DNA of 58,429 nucleotides, the filler included, from Basidiobolus meristosporus CBS 931.73 (taxonomy: Eukaryota > Fungi > Basidiobolomycota), in assembly GCA_002104905.1 (NCBI GenBank). It is 3 parts of 3 records of this genome, joined end to end, with 100 filler letters (N's around TTAATTAATTAA, not from the genome) between each part and the next. Parts side by side here need not be neighbours in the genome. Positions count along the whole stretch, not along the records: positions 1 to 16,579 come from MCFE01001117.1; 2 more parts are not named here. One strand, 5' to 3'. Below, one piece after another: positions 1-12,529 of this stretch. The stretch's first letter is position 1; each line of letters opens with the position of its first letter. The notes under the pieces were generated by a model. That model was not told the DNA's origin and did no database searches. It worked only from the letters and a program-made list of their open reading frames with translations. The position numbers were made by a program, and so were the translations under genes.

Positions 1-147
1 CATAATCTGGGTACCTGATAATTTGGTGAAAATATTCCAAGTAAATCCCAACAAGAAATTTGGTCAGGACAGAATGCTAATCAAAGAATAGGATCTATGT
101 GACTAAGTTAGCATGAATATTTAGGTGACAACTTAATAATTACAACA
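1..147 (-). mobile_element. Partial, diverged LTR of the local Ty1/Copia family
   Basis: Matches the right part of the LTRs at 12530-12878 and 48806-49154 (tggtgaaaatattccaagtaaatcccaacaag...gactaagttag...tacaaca); cut by the window edge. Confidence 0.75.
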
Positions 148-162
148 CTTTTCACCATAAAG

Positions 163-303
163 GCAGCCTGCAAGGCCACCTAAGAAGCAATGTTGCCATG
201 AATGCTTTTTAAAGATCTAGGTTCATGTCAAAGAACCCCTGTCACTATATCTCAAGATACTCAAAGATGTACACAATTGGGTAGAAATCCAACTTTTCAT
301 GAT
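163..303 (+). pseudogene. Copia RNase H fragment with stops
   Basis: Translates [44 protein letters not shown], homologous to [46 protein letters not shown] in the Copia at 44830-46068. Confidence 0.8.
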
Positions 304-499
304 CACAATTAGGCCTGGTTAATCTGTGTATACAGCTGAGTATGAGTGGTGTGTGTAATACCTGATCACTCAGCTTTCCTATCAACCCCGAGAATTGATG
401 ATCTGATCTCAGATGCAATGAAACGCCTGATCTCTGGGAGAGCCTCAAATATAGTATCGCAATAAACGGGCCGGGCACGTTATTTGCCATGGGTCCAAC

Positions 500-3400
500 G
501 GATCATCTGGCCCAAAATGCTGTCAGGTACAGTTTGGATGCTATTCCAATAAACAGACTCATCCGAGTAAAAGGCAAAATAGGTGGCATCATTATGAAAG
601 GGGCCAAGTTGTAGCGAAGCCATCCCACACTAGCGAGGTCCGATTAGCCCCCAACTTGTCAACGGCCTCGCTCAGAAGGCTTGCCTTGGACTCTGTAAGC
701 TCCGGATGGTTCAGGGCCGGCAATAACCTCAGTCGTGGGTCAGGAGTTGCTTTGGCGTAGGTGTGCAGCTCATATCTCGACTAGCTAAAAGAAAGAAAAG
801 ATGCTGGGTTGCTCCAAGTCCGAACCAACCAGCCAATCAGGTCGAACTCTGGACCAATGTGCAGTACCACTCACCTAGCTGGCTGGCTTTCAGACAACGC
901 AGTGATTTAGACTCCCCTCGAGTCAAAACCAACTCCGGCCAATCAAGAGGCCCGGAAGGGAGGACAATGGGTTGAGCCAAGATTATGACACTGTGTCCTG
1001 TCTCCAAGGCTACTTCAAAGCAAGGCAATCATGGTGGAAACCCCGGATTCAGACCGCATCACAGCACAACATCCGTGGAGCTACCAAAGGTCTATTGTTG
1101 TTATGGTTCAGACCAGAAGGCGCCTGCTTATTTCCCTGGCTAATCACCGCACCCCTAGTTAACGGAATGGAAATCAAGATAGGCAGAGCATGACGCTGCC
1201 AGCGCCGTGATGAACCGCATCCTGGGGCCTCCTTCCTGATCATTGGTACACACTCAACTCATTCATGTTGTGCCATGCCCGTGGTCAGAATAGGACGTAG
1301 ATGGACACATGGTGGCAGCCTTTGGCCAACAACCTAAGCCATTCCCCCATGACCGTGGTTTATTCGTTCACTGTGCAAATGAATTCCCGTCGATTGGCAT
1401 ATGTCGCATCGAATTCCCCTTTACAGTGAAGCGGATTTCCAAATTCCAACCATCAACACCCCAACTCCCCTGAACCTCGACCTGGATCTCGACCTCAACC
1501 CCAAATTCGCCCATTCAGGCCCGTCTCTTGCAACCAAGCAACCAGGACGGAATCCCAATTGGCCACCAAGCTTCGCTGGACACCGTCGATGCTAGACCAT
1601 TCACGAAATCCCCACCGTGCCAGGAGGACGGATCTTTCCTGCACCAAGTCCAATCACCGCGCACCACTAGCCAACAACATAGGTCAGTGGATGATTTTGG
1701 TTGCTCCAAGGGTCACCCCATCGCGGATATTTCATTGACTAGCAGGTACACGATTCAGATCTCATCAAAGCTAACCTTATTTGATACCAGATTGTCAGAC
1801 TTGGCCTGGTCATTCCCCGTCTCACCGCGCTACAAGTTACCCTGGCAGGCACCTTCCAAGCCCAAGAGGGCCCGCCAGTTGCTATCAAGCCGAATCACCC
1901 AGCCCACCTGCGCCTTGGCAACCTTCCAGCGGGGCGTATGCAACTCCTCTTGGTTAGCAACGATCGAATCACCACATCTGGTGCACCAAAGGCCCGTCGA
2001 CCCCAAACTTACCATTTTTATCGGTATGTAAATGAGGTGGAACGACCACTAAAGCACACCACCTTTTTTGCCGAAATCCGCCCCAAAGGGCTGGGTGATG
2101 GGTAGGCAGAATTCAGAGGCTGAGGAGCATTCTTCTGGTTGGCAGAGGACACCCACCCATATCAACGGACATCAAGCCAGAATCGGGCTTATCTACCCTG
2201 GAACAGGATGCTTATCAGGGCTTCATTTGGCCAAATTTCGACCATTCCAACCCTCGCTTTAAGCTATCTGAAGAGTAATATGGAAGCTTATCGAGCACCC
2301 CGGTGGTGTAGCGAATTCTTAATGATCTTTGGAATATCCCGGTCACTGGGAGATCCTTTCTCTTCATCACCAAGTGCACCAGCGTCACTTCCATGCCCAT
2401 GTGAGCCATCACCCATCCAGCGATAGGTACTGCCTAGAACCCGGCAATGGCCAGCATGGTCGCTTGTGTTAAACATTGTTTTAAGCAACCACCTGCGAAC
2501 AGAGCTTGTACAGATCTAGGGGCTGATCTGGCTGCACAAGGTGGAGTGAGCAAGAGATCCGCAGGATCCATCGCGGGATCCAATGTAACACCGGTGGAAT
2601 GGACGTAAGGTTCCATATATATCCATTGTTTTGAAGCCAGGAAAAGATGCCACCTCGATTCTTCGGATCAGTGTACTGCTGCGAGGTGTACAAGACTGCA
2701 CATCAACTCAGCGATCCATTCAGGAATCCAGCTGGGATCCATGACACCAGAAACCATTCTCTTGGCAGCCAGTGTACGTGGAGTCTACCCGTTGTCATGA
2801 CATGGCTATGTCCCATGAGGTGAGACGTGGGTCTTCGGAGGGAACCTGTGTTTTTCCAAAATCCCTCACCGACAAGCCCATGGGATAGAGCGACCAGCCT
2901 CGCCATTCCCTTCCAAAGCCACTCCCAAGGCTCGTTTCACCTCTTGATAGGCCAGTGGTACACAGACTCACATGAGACCATCGGTTGGTGATAGACCTAT
3001 CTCAAACCTTCGAAACAATCTCTTGAACCCTTTCCCACTGGGAAACGAGAGATGACGTTGCCCAAGCTTAACTTTGTGTGTGTGAAGCGCAAATTGAAGC
3101 TCCTACACAAATGGACTAAGAAACCATCATCACCACAACACTAAGGCACATCAAGTGAATCATGCCCAGAGGTAACACCACGATGCATGAACTGGTTGGA
3201 ATACTGTTTCTCCTCAAAAATCACATGTGAGGTCGAACATCACTCACCAGGCTCTCATTGGCGGGTCGGAGAGAGAGGCCCCCTTAATTTAGCCTAATAC
3301 CATATACAGAGACAGGTTATATTTGAAAGATATGACAATATGACCTTTCCAATACCATTCGCTAGTGCAAGTAATGAGTCCCTACAGTGTAAGCTTGAAG

Positions 3401-4550
3401 GCGGGACGGTTGATTGATAGGGATATTGAGCACATCAAGACCATCAGATTGCTTCATAGTGAGTCAAGCCACCCAATACAGTGCTTACAAACGCTGAGGA
3501 GTGAGTCATCGACTCTCGGTGATGTGCAGTGGCAGGTGTTAATGATGTCTCAGATCATTAGATCCACAAGTTCACCTGAACCTAATATTTCCTCGCCCAT
3601 CAGCCTTGGGTAATTTCACCTTGTCTTGGAAAGTGTATGGGGCCGTGATTTATTGCCATCATTTTCCACCAAGCATAAGATTCCCATGAATATTTGTCCG
3701 ACCCACGGATTCCCAATTGACTGCATCCTAGGAGTCGACCAAGCTGCACGCCGGTGTCGATTCGGGGCCACAGGATGACCAACGCAGTCAGTGAATAGTC
3801 CACCACAATCCGGGGATGTCATGCCTACCATGGAACCCAGCTGCAGGTGTAATTAGCCTAGCCTATTCAATTCGGCGGTGAGAGATTTGTTTGCTTGAGA
3901 TGGAGCGACCGACTCCTGTGCTTACATCCCATTAAATCGCAGACCCCTGATTCGTCGAAATCCATGGCAATTATTTTTAGCAAGCAATGATGATTCTCGG
4001 AGTAACCGCAACACTGGCCATGATGTCACTCGCAGCTCATTAAATTCCCTACCCCTTGAACTCTTAAATTAAACTCAATCGGCCACTTCAAAATGAGCTC
4101 ACACGCATCCATGGTAAATGATTCGATCAATTCCTGGATACGATATTGAATAGGATATATATGGCATTCCAGACTTTCACGCTTGCCATTAACAGTAGGA
4201 CTCACGATGACTCAATCCACACCAACATGTATCATCTGCCTAGAATCACTTAGACTAATGCTGACTTTGAGCCAAATTAGGTTGTGTCCATTCGCCCACT
4301 CGGTGGCTAGCCAATGGACGGGTCTGGTTGGATGCTTACCAATGGTTCAGTGGAATTGGATTTACCAAGAATGGGCCTATTGAGCCATCCGTACTTCATT
4401 GGTGCATGGACGAGTCGAATTTTCGCGTTTCTTCATTCCACAAGCACCAAAGTGAATCACCGCCCGATTTGGAGATATCGTCCACTTTTCACTATGAGTC
4501 AAGGTGAAATGTTATGATCACTGAGACAGCGGATGGTCCGGATTGGGCTG
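500..4550 (-). mobile_element. Possible heavily decayed non-LTR retroelement relic; boundaries uncertain
   Basis: No long ORF. Only frameshifted, motif-like traces on the minus strand, in LINE order: QG.PLSP-like ~3267-3290, xGDD ~3125-3140, GLG ~2245-2258, CxxC...E..H ~1920-1990. Confidence 0.25.
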
Positions 4551-4934
4551 CCATCTGGTTATTTCATTTTTTATATATTTGATATATTGTATAGTTCGAT
4601 GAGCCATGCTAAAACCCGGGATGGGGTACCCACAGTCGATTGACGAGAGTACGGTATCGTCGCGAGAGTGTGCAGCATGGAAACCCAAATTCCATGGTAA
4701 AAGGGATTAGAGGTGCTGGGAGCTAGGGAGAGGGAGAAGGGGAAATAAAAATACACTACAAATAAAAAGAGATGGTGGGGAGAAGGGTAGGTCGAGAGGT
4801 GTATGTCACATATATTAAACCAAAGTCAAAGAATGCAAAGGAAAGACGAAACAAGGGAAGGGTGAGATTTTTGGTTCAGTGGGGAGGGGGATATGTGATT
4901 GCAAATTCGGCTTAGATACTGAGATCAATGCGAC

Positions 4935-6071
4935 TTAGGGTGAGGCAGACGGGGAGGGGAGCTGATGTATGTGCTTAGCTTGCTGCTGTTTTAGTCGGGC
5001 CGGAGAGCTCTGGAGGGATTGCATCATCTCGCGATGTTGTTGAGCTTTGATCCGTAATAATGTGATGAATTCTTTGGAGTTGGGGGCGATGCTTTGGTTG
5101 GTGGTCTTGGCAACAGGATAAGGCCCTGACCGAGCGTGAGTGTTATGCGTGTGGCGACGTAAGGATTCGACTGGAGCAATATCAGGACTGTTGTTCTTTG
5201 CTTTTGAGGTTTGGATGAATTTCATACACATGTTGGACCAGCTACTGAACATCGGAAGGGAGACAAATAGGCGATAGTCGATCAAGCGAAGGAATGCGCT
5301 TTCGTTGACGTTGATGTCGGCGACATTCAAGCCAAGCGTTTTGGCCCAGGCTCCGTTGGTGTAATTTCTGTCCTGAAGAAATTTGGAGGCCAAGATCAAG
5401 GCAGCAAGGAACATCCTCCTTGCGCACAATACACGATCCATTGAAGAATTGTCCTCCTCGCCGTCCATGTTTGGTTTTCGAACGGCGAGGTCAATTTTTA
5501 AAGTTGATTTTCGAATTCGTAAAATTTGGCTCTTAATTCGAAATATGTAAAGTAAGGCGGTCAATAATGTGCAGTAACTCGATTGACTACGTTTAATAGT
5601 TTCCTGAACAAATACGTTCAAGGGCAACACCTTCCCCTCAACTTCCGGCTTCCCCCAAATATTCCCAAGAATATCCGCAGTGATATCTACAAAGACATAG
5701 ACAGGTCAGTATTAGCTTCTTCGCACGACTTCTGGGTAGGGCTGCTTACCGATAAGATCTCGTACTAGTTCAATCTTCTTGGGCGTGCTCATCGAGGCAT
5801 AGTTAAGAACATCAAAATTGTCCTCAACTCTTTGGTTGTCAGTAATAGTGGGGGTTGAGGAGGTTGAAGGGGGCCACGAAGGCCAAGAATGAGAGGGGGG
5901 GAGTTGGGCTTCGACAGAAGAATTGATACAGGTTGAGGAGGAGGTGGTGGTGTCGACTGGGACGGGGTTGTTGTTGTTGGTTGTAGGAAGAGCGTTCAAG
6001 GCGCGTACAGGGGAGGCACAAGAATTATTAAAATTAAAAGTAAAGTTATTGACAAAAGCAACTGAAGACAT
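4935..6071 (-). CDS. Pho85-type cyclin (Pcl/Clg1-like), 2 exons (6071-5750, 5686-4935), ~357 aa
   Basis: Cyclin box RRMFLAALILASKFLQDRNYTNGAWAK...INVNESAFLRLIDYRLFV. A 63-nt GTAAGC...CTAATACTGAC...TAG intron (5687-5749) joins ORF 5712-6080 in frame to ORF 4935-5630. Confidence 0.85.
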
Positions 6072-8188
6072 ATTTGACAAGACGATATCAAAACTAATGA
6101 GTAATATTCAAAGAAACGTTGAAATCTTTACCTGAACTACCTACGGGGGCCTTATATACGACTGGCCGGAAAAATAAGGAAGGACTCCCATTGGCCAACA
6201 TCCACGGAATACGTCGTTTTGATTAGAATTTTCTCATTTCTAGGATTGTTCATGAACCTCATTCGGACTCATAATATTTGTAAGGATCATAAGATCAAAA
6301 TACTGATTTTCCGGATTTCCCCTTCCATTAGGCTGTGGGATCATTTCACCAGAAGTGAGCGCAACAATGAATCAAAATGGACCCTACTTTTGTTATGGTT
6401 TGTATTATTTATAATAGCTATCTGACTGCTTCGTATCCTATGCGCGGTTTGTGTTGGGCATGGATTCAATAAATCATCTTATGAAGGCACTTAATAGAGG
6501 CGGTATTTGCAATGGGCATACGCAATGGATGGTACATAAGGACTTTTGTATTACAGCTACGCCTTGATTCCTACACCTGGTGATCCTAGCTGCGCTGAAG
6601 GCCAAAGTGCAAATATCGGTCTGGGTGTAGCGAACAATGTCTGTAGAGATCTGGCTAGACATAGGCGCTGTTTGTTTGTTTGGCCATGTCCTGCTCTGGT
6701 GTTGACAGAAAAGCCCCAACCATCTGATTAGTTGGTAACAACAGATGAGTCAACTGAATAGCCACTCATTTTATTGCACAATTCTTATCATCTATTGCTG
6801 TTGATGAGCAACATTTCGTCAAGATTGGTGACAGTTAAGGGCGGCTGTATAGATTGTTACGGAATTGGATGTACACGTGTGCAAATGTCACTATCCTATA
6901 CGATCAGGTTATGGAGCTTAGTTAGCAATGACTGCCATGACAAAGTTCGATTAATCATGCAGGTAAGGGCTAGGACTAGGGTTAGGGCTAGGTTTGTTAC
7001 TTGTTTAACAGGTTTCAAGCCAACCTCCAGCCCAATAAGGCGCACAATTCCAGTGCTGAGTTTAATGCTGCCAACCTTCTGCATCATATAAGGCAGCTTC
7101 CTCAGAACAAAGCGCCTAGCCTAGACCTTCATGCATGGTGGGTCATAGCCATCTCAATGGAGGCCTGTGAGGGTTAGATACGCGCTGGCAAATCCTGTGC
7201 AACATACTAGAGCAACCAAACCAAGTATACCTTTTCTTCCCAGTCAAGGCTTCTCAGCCCGACACAATGTAGTGGGTGATTGTAGTAGTACATTTCGAGT
7301 TCAATGCCATGGCATCGAAAACAGGCCGCCAAGATGTCAAATTATGGGATTTGCCAGAGCACGGTGGATTATTGCCGAGGCATGCCACGGTGCCTTGTAT
7401 CATCAATCGATGGAAGGCATGTGCCCGTTTTCACTTGTTGTTTCTGCTTGCAGCCAAGACATTATGGAGGGTCATTGTCTCACCTCAAACAACACACACT
7501 ATGCATATCGCTCAGTTGCCAAAGAGGCGATGTAGGCAATGCATTATCAAGCTATTTGCGTGTGCAGCGGCAGCAAATGCCATCTATTTCCACTTCTCAG
7601 AAGGCCAGCCTTTCAGCATCCAGAGTATCCGCTGCTTGATAATTCCCAAGTGCGTGCATGCAGGTAGTCTGATGTGCAGCAAGGAATGGAATCCAATTTG
7701 ATTTGAAACCAAGACGCTCTCCATATATGGGTTGGAAGAAAGAGCCTATGAAATGAGCTACTTTAATGGGGTGTCTGAAGGATGGAATGATTCAGATTGA
7801 TAGGCTCAGGGTGAACAATTTACATTGGTGTCCAAAATAATCAATTTATTTATAGAATCGATACCCGCATGCTCTTATGTATACGCACCCTCTTTCTTAT
7901 TCCCCTAAATTGTACCTTATTAATCCCTTTTTTGACTCTTTTTACTTTTCCTTTGTTCCTGCCACCCTTATTGTATGGTCATCCCAAGGCTGCATTCAGG
8001 AATAGCCTTCTTTCTCTTCTCGTGCTAACAAACAGAACTTGTTGTGCGTAACTGCTCGCCTATTATAAAGTACACTACTCCATCCCCGTCCCCCACATTG
8101 CACTAGCCTAGAAATATCCCCTCCGACAGCTATACAAGATAACTTATTCAATTCCCTCAACACCCCACTTTCCACTATATCCACGATA

Positions 8189-9473
8189 ATGCCACATCAG
8201 TTGCAAATCCGTCGTCGCTTTCGCACCGGATATCTGCTGCGGATATTGGCCATGGTTTTCTTTTGTTTTTGGTTTGCCTTTGTGATATCCGTGATCACAT
8301 ATGCCAACTACTCGCACCGTGTAAATACCGAAGCCACTAATGACTTACTCCTTGCCTCTGAAATGAAGCATTGGCCAAAGGGGAAAGTGCAATTTCTTCC
8401 AATCCTGGTTCCAGTTTCCGACAACCCAGAGTATCTTAAACAGCTGATTGAGGGTTTGTTAAATATGGACCACCTAAATAAGGTTTGTTTCTCGTTTTCC
8501 ATTTCGGTTATTTTCCTTATAGGGACTAACCAGGCGCTTCTACATAAGACTGTGGTGGTATTTTCACAAGAAGGAAACAACAAAGAGGTGGAATCCATTA
8601 TTCAGGAGATTCCCGATAAAATGAGAGTTCTGTATCTACGTCATGTTCGACCGTTCTTCTCTATCTCCTCGTTGTTCGAGACAAAATGGTTTCCGTCAGC
8701 TGGAAATGTAGAGTTTTTGCTCTCATTTGCCTTTGATTCTATGAAGGTGTGTATGGCTGGATGGTCCTATTTCTTTCGTGCTTTACTTATGAATTACGTG
8801 TAGGCGCCTGGAGCGATAGTGCTACAAAGTGATTTACTACCGACATACGACATGTACGACTTCTTTGAATGGTCGTTTCGTACGATACTGAGAAACTCGA
8901 GTTTTCCTAATGTTCTCAACATCAACGGATTCAACAAAGATCCGTACGAGTCCACCGATGCCTATAGTTTGACTCCGGACCGCTTCAAGCCACGCGGCTG
9001 GTGTATTTCTGCTGACAGATGGCCATTGCTTCAAGGTCAATGGACCAAAGCTGGTAATTGGGGCTACAACATCGAGAACAATGTCCGAATCCCTCACCAC
9101 ATGGTTAGCTTGACTCCTATGGTCGCCAGAGTCAAGAACGTACGCAAGCTAGTAAGTGTTTGGGCTTCGCTACCCCCGCCAACCGGCATATCTGACCTCT
9201 CTCTCCAGTTTAATGACATACAAGGCTTCCCAAGCACGAGCAACAACATCACAGCCAAGAACAATGGCGAGGCCAAGCGCAACTCGTACCACCGAAAGAG
9301 GCCTTCCATCGTGATCTCCCGTTACTCGAAGCTCGCTGTACAAGGGTTCCAATATCCAACCAGGTAAGCAAAGGGAACCTCTCTTTGGAAGATTCAGAGA
9401 CTTATAGTCGAATCCTAGAAACGTCAAATTGAACTTCTCAAGCAAGTTCGGGATATTTCCGTACGAACGCTGA
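8189..9473 (+). CDS. Type II membrane GT-A glycosyltransferase, N-acetylglucosaminyltransferase I/II-like (GT13/GT16-like), multi-exon; 3' end tentative
   Basis: N-terminal TM helix; VPVSDNPEYLKQLIEGL..TVVVFSQE resembles MGAT2 VHNRPEYL..VLVIFSHD; AIVLQSD, FKPRGW, RWPLLQGQW...NW, TPMVARVKN resemble GnT-I motifs. Intron 8747-8803 is clear; introns near 8484, 9153-9209 and 9364-9418 are plausible. Confidence 0.7.
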
Positions 9474-12400
9474 GCTCGGGGGTTCCACGTCAATGGCCCC
9501 CAAGAGGCACGGAACCATCGTAAACGACCGCTCTGCCGACAACCTATCACCGCCATATATTTACAGCCTATTCAAGTGTGATTGCGCTCACTTTTCTTTG
9601 TATTATTGAAGCCTACTCACCAACCAACCCATACCTCTGTAATGACTAACCTTAACCCCTTGGCATCATCCGACCATACATTAGAAATGATCTTAACCCT
9701 CCTCGAAATCGCTATTCTCCGACGCTTTAACCATCGTTGTTCATACCACCTTTCTCAAGCCCAATCTTTCTCGACAGACTGGATGTCTTTTCATGTACAT
9801 TTCTTTTCCATATTTTGATCTTCCCCGAGTTTGCATCACCCTTTCAGCATTAACGAGAAAATGTATCCATCCCACCTACAAAATCCTGTCTAACGTATGT
9901 CGATAAGCTAAGTAAATCCTGGATTTTTTGACTACCTGATCCCTCCACCCGCGATCCGTGGACTGCTTTCCCCGGCAGGAATCGCGTTATTGGGCTGATT
10001 CGTTGCAAAAGGATGGAGTATATTAATATCAGCGTGAGCCGCCAACCAATCGACCAGCTCATTCCATTTGCCACCAACGGTTGCCCACGCCCTCCGAGTC
10101 CAAATTTCAATGGAACCAGACGCTGACCGCTAACTCTTGACGACGGCGTGCCATGGAGCCCAGCCCATGCAAGTGCTGGCGCGCGGAGGGAGCGTTAAAT
10201 TGCACCACGATGTGGTTGGAATGAGACTCGGCTTGAATGAAATTTCATTTCCATCTGCCCACACCTGCCCATTCAACAAGCCAGACCTCTATTGCCAGGC
10301 GACTCGATCGTGGACATTTGCGCTGGATAAGGCGATTGGGTCGTATGGCATGCGCCGAGGTTCGAGGTACGCATATCCAGCCAGCCCATGCTTCCATCCG
10401 TGCTTGGACATGGACCTGGCTCCCCACTCCTCATGGCGCTCTTGCAGTACGCAAACATCTACACAATGGTGTTGCGTAACCGTGGCCAGATTAGTCGGAG
10501 GAATCCAGATCCATTGTACTAGGCTGCTTCTAGTGGTTTCGAATGCCCACTTCTGCGTAGCACCAATATGTCTGTAACACGGGTGTAGGCGAATATCAAG
10601 TGGTGTTGTGCATCGCTGAATGCGCGGCCTCTCCGCGCGGAAGCAGGCCGCATTGGATCTGACCCCGTCAGGAAGATTTCTATTTTCCCCTGTGTAAGCA
10701 TTGAGCCAGCTTTCGGAGATACGTCATATGCAGCTATCTTGTGGGCTGTACGAAGTGTGATGTGCCAGGTAAATTTCCCACTAACAGCAAGGACCCATCC
10801 ACACTCACGTGCCAACCCAAGTCCGAAGACCTGCTCTAAACCCATCAGGTAGGATCAACCGACGGTGTTGCTATAAATCGTCCGTCTAATACCTAGCCAT
10901 GCATCTGGGATTGCATTGTGCCCTGGATGTTGAGGCCCCCATGAGGAGGGCTTGCTGATCCTAAGCCAGTTGAGTTCGGGGTCCAGTCTTTGGTGCTGCT
11001 ATGTAGCTCTCCTGTGGGTTATTTCGGCAACCCTGAGTCTACATTATATGGGTGTCAAACCGGTCCCCACTCTATTGTGAACAATTGATTCCCACCCAAT
11101 TATGCTTACGCTGGGCTCTCATATCCAACCAGTTTTCCGTCGTCCCATCGGGTTAAAGTTATGAGAAATTCCCATGAGCGGTCAAGACAATCTTTTCCAA
11201 AAGAACACCTCACGAAATCCTCTCAATCCAAACTGAAATAGGAATTGCTTTGAACTGTGATGTACGTACCCCTACCTCAAAACCACTAAATTCTATGTTG
11301 GTGACATTTGACCCATCTACCAAAATCCCGGCAAGAATGCATTGCGGTATCCAACCTCAAAATCCGCGCTGGTTCATTTTGCGACCAAAATTTGATTACT
11401 AATCTGATGTATGGAAGTGTGGGTGAACATCCGAATTTCATTCCTTCAATTAGTCAGTTCCAAGGCCGTACAAATAATTCTATTGCTGACCCCCATTTTC
11501 CAATTAACACCAAATCACTTCCCTAACCCTAAGTAGAAATCCAGCTTTCAACAGCCCCAACTCCTACGTGCACTGCTCTATATAGTCTTTCGCCAGCAAC
11601 TCCAAAAACCCAAGCTTCGAAGTTCGAATATGTGCACTTGAGTATCCCACCTTTTCATTTGGAATGAATTATATTGGAAGGTTTGCAATTAACCAGCTTT
11701 ATAGTCGAGCAATTTCTTTTGTAGAAGTTTGGAATATAGTGGTACCAAACTTGGAAACATGCTGATCTGGAGTAGATGGTAATATCATGGTTTAAGATGG
11801 CTGATAGGAAAATCTGAAAAGCTTTGCAAGGCCTTATAAAATATCTACAGAGCCATCTTGAAGCAACCCATCAGAAGTTGCGTCCAGAAGTCTTGAACTC
11901 TACTGCAAACTAATTTGCAAGCGAAGATTGTATAGTTTAACAGTTAGCCTTCTGGGTAGCTCAAATAGACAGAGCACTAGTTGAATCTATTCCTATGTTA
12001 TATTCTCATAGCAATGGAGCAACTCCTTCACAATCAGTGCTCATGGAAATTCTATTATCAGAATTGTATAATGCAACTATATTATATATTTTCCAGATGA
12101 AATATGTCACTTTAACTGCTTTTGATCCACTATACTCATGGTGTACAACTACACTTGATTGCTTAATGCTGATATGATGCCTGAGTAAATGTGTTGATAC
12201 TGCTCATATCACTTCTCAGTTGTAAGATGGATTTTTGTAGAAGATATTCCCACTGATATTATAATAGATGACTTATATTGTATTTCACCACTGAATCCAA
12301 GCAGTCTAAATGATAGTGCTTTTGAGTAGATATTGATGACATTGGAGGTGACAGAGAAGGTGAGTAGATTATCTGACTTTTGCCTGTTAGTTGATAGCAT

Positions 12401-12529
12401 GTGTGGTTGACTTCTTCTCTCAAAGGGTCTTAGCAAGAAAAATGGTACCAAAATCCTAAGAGCATTTATGAAAAGTGTGAGGTTGTTTTACCAGCTTCAA
12501 GATATGTCTTGACTTGGATAGTCAACACT

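Noticed and set aside
6964-6992. Degenerate telomere-like run (aagggctaggactagggttagggctagg); also CCCTAACCCTAA at 11521
   Set aside because: Short, with no adjacent 3'-end motif or module junction; could be chance.
7167-7701. Overlapping ORFs with a WD40-like KLWDL
   Set aside because: Single short motif, three overlapping frames open, no repeat periodicity.
9850-12180. Short ORFs as genes or a TE
   Set aside because: No recognisable domain in any frame; probably intergenic or unidentifiable decayed sequence.
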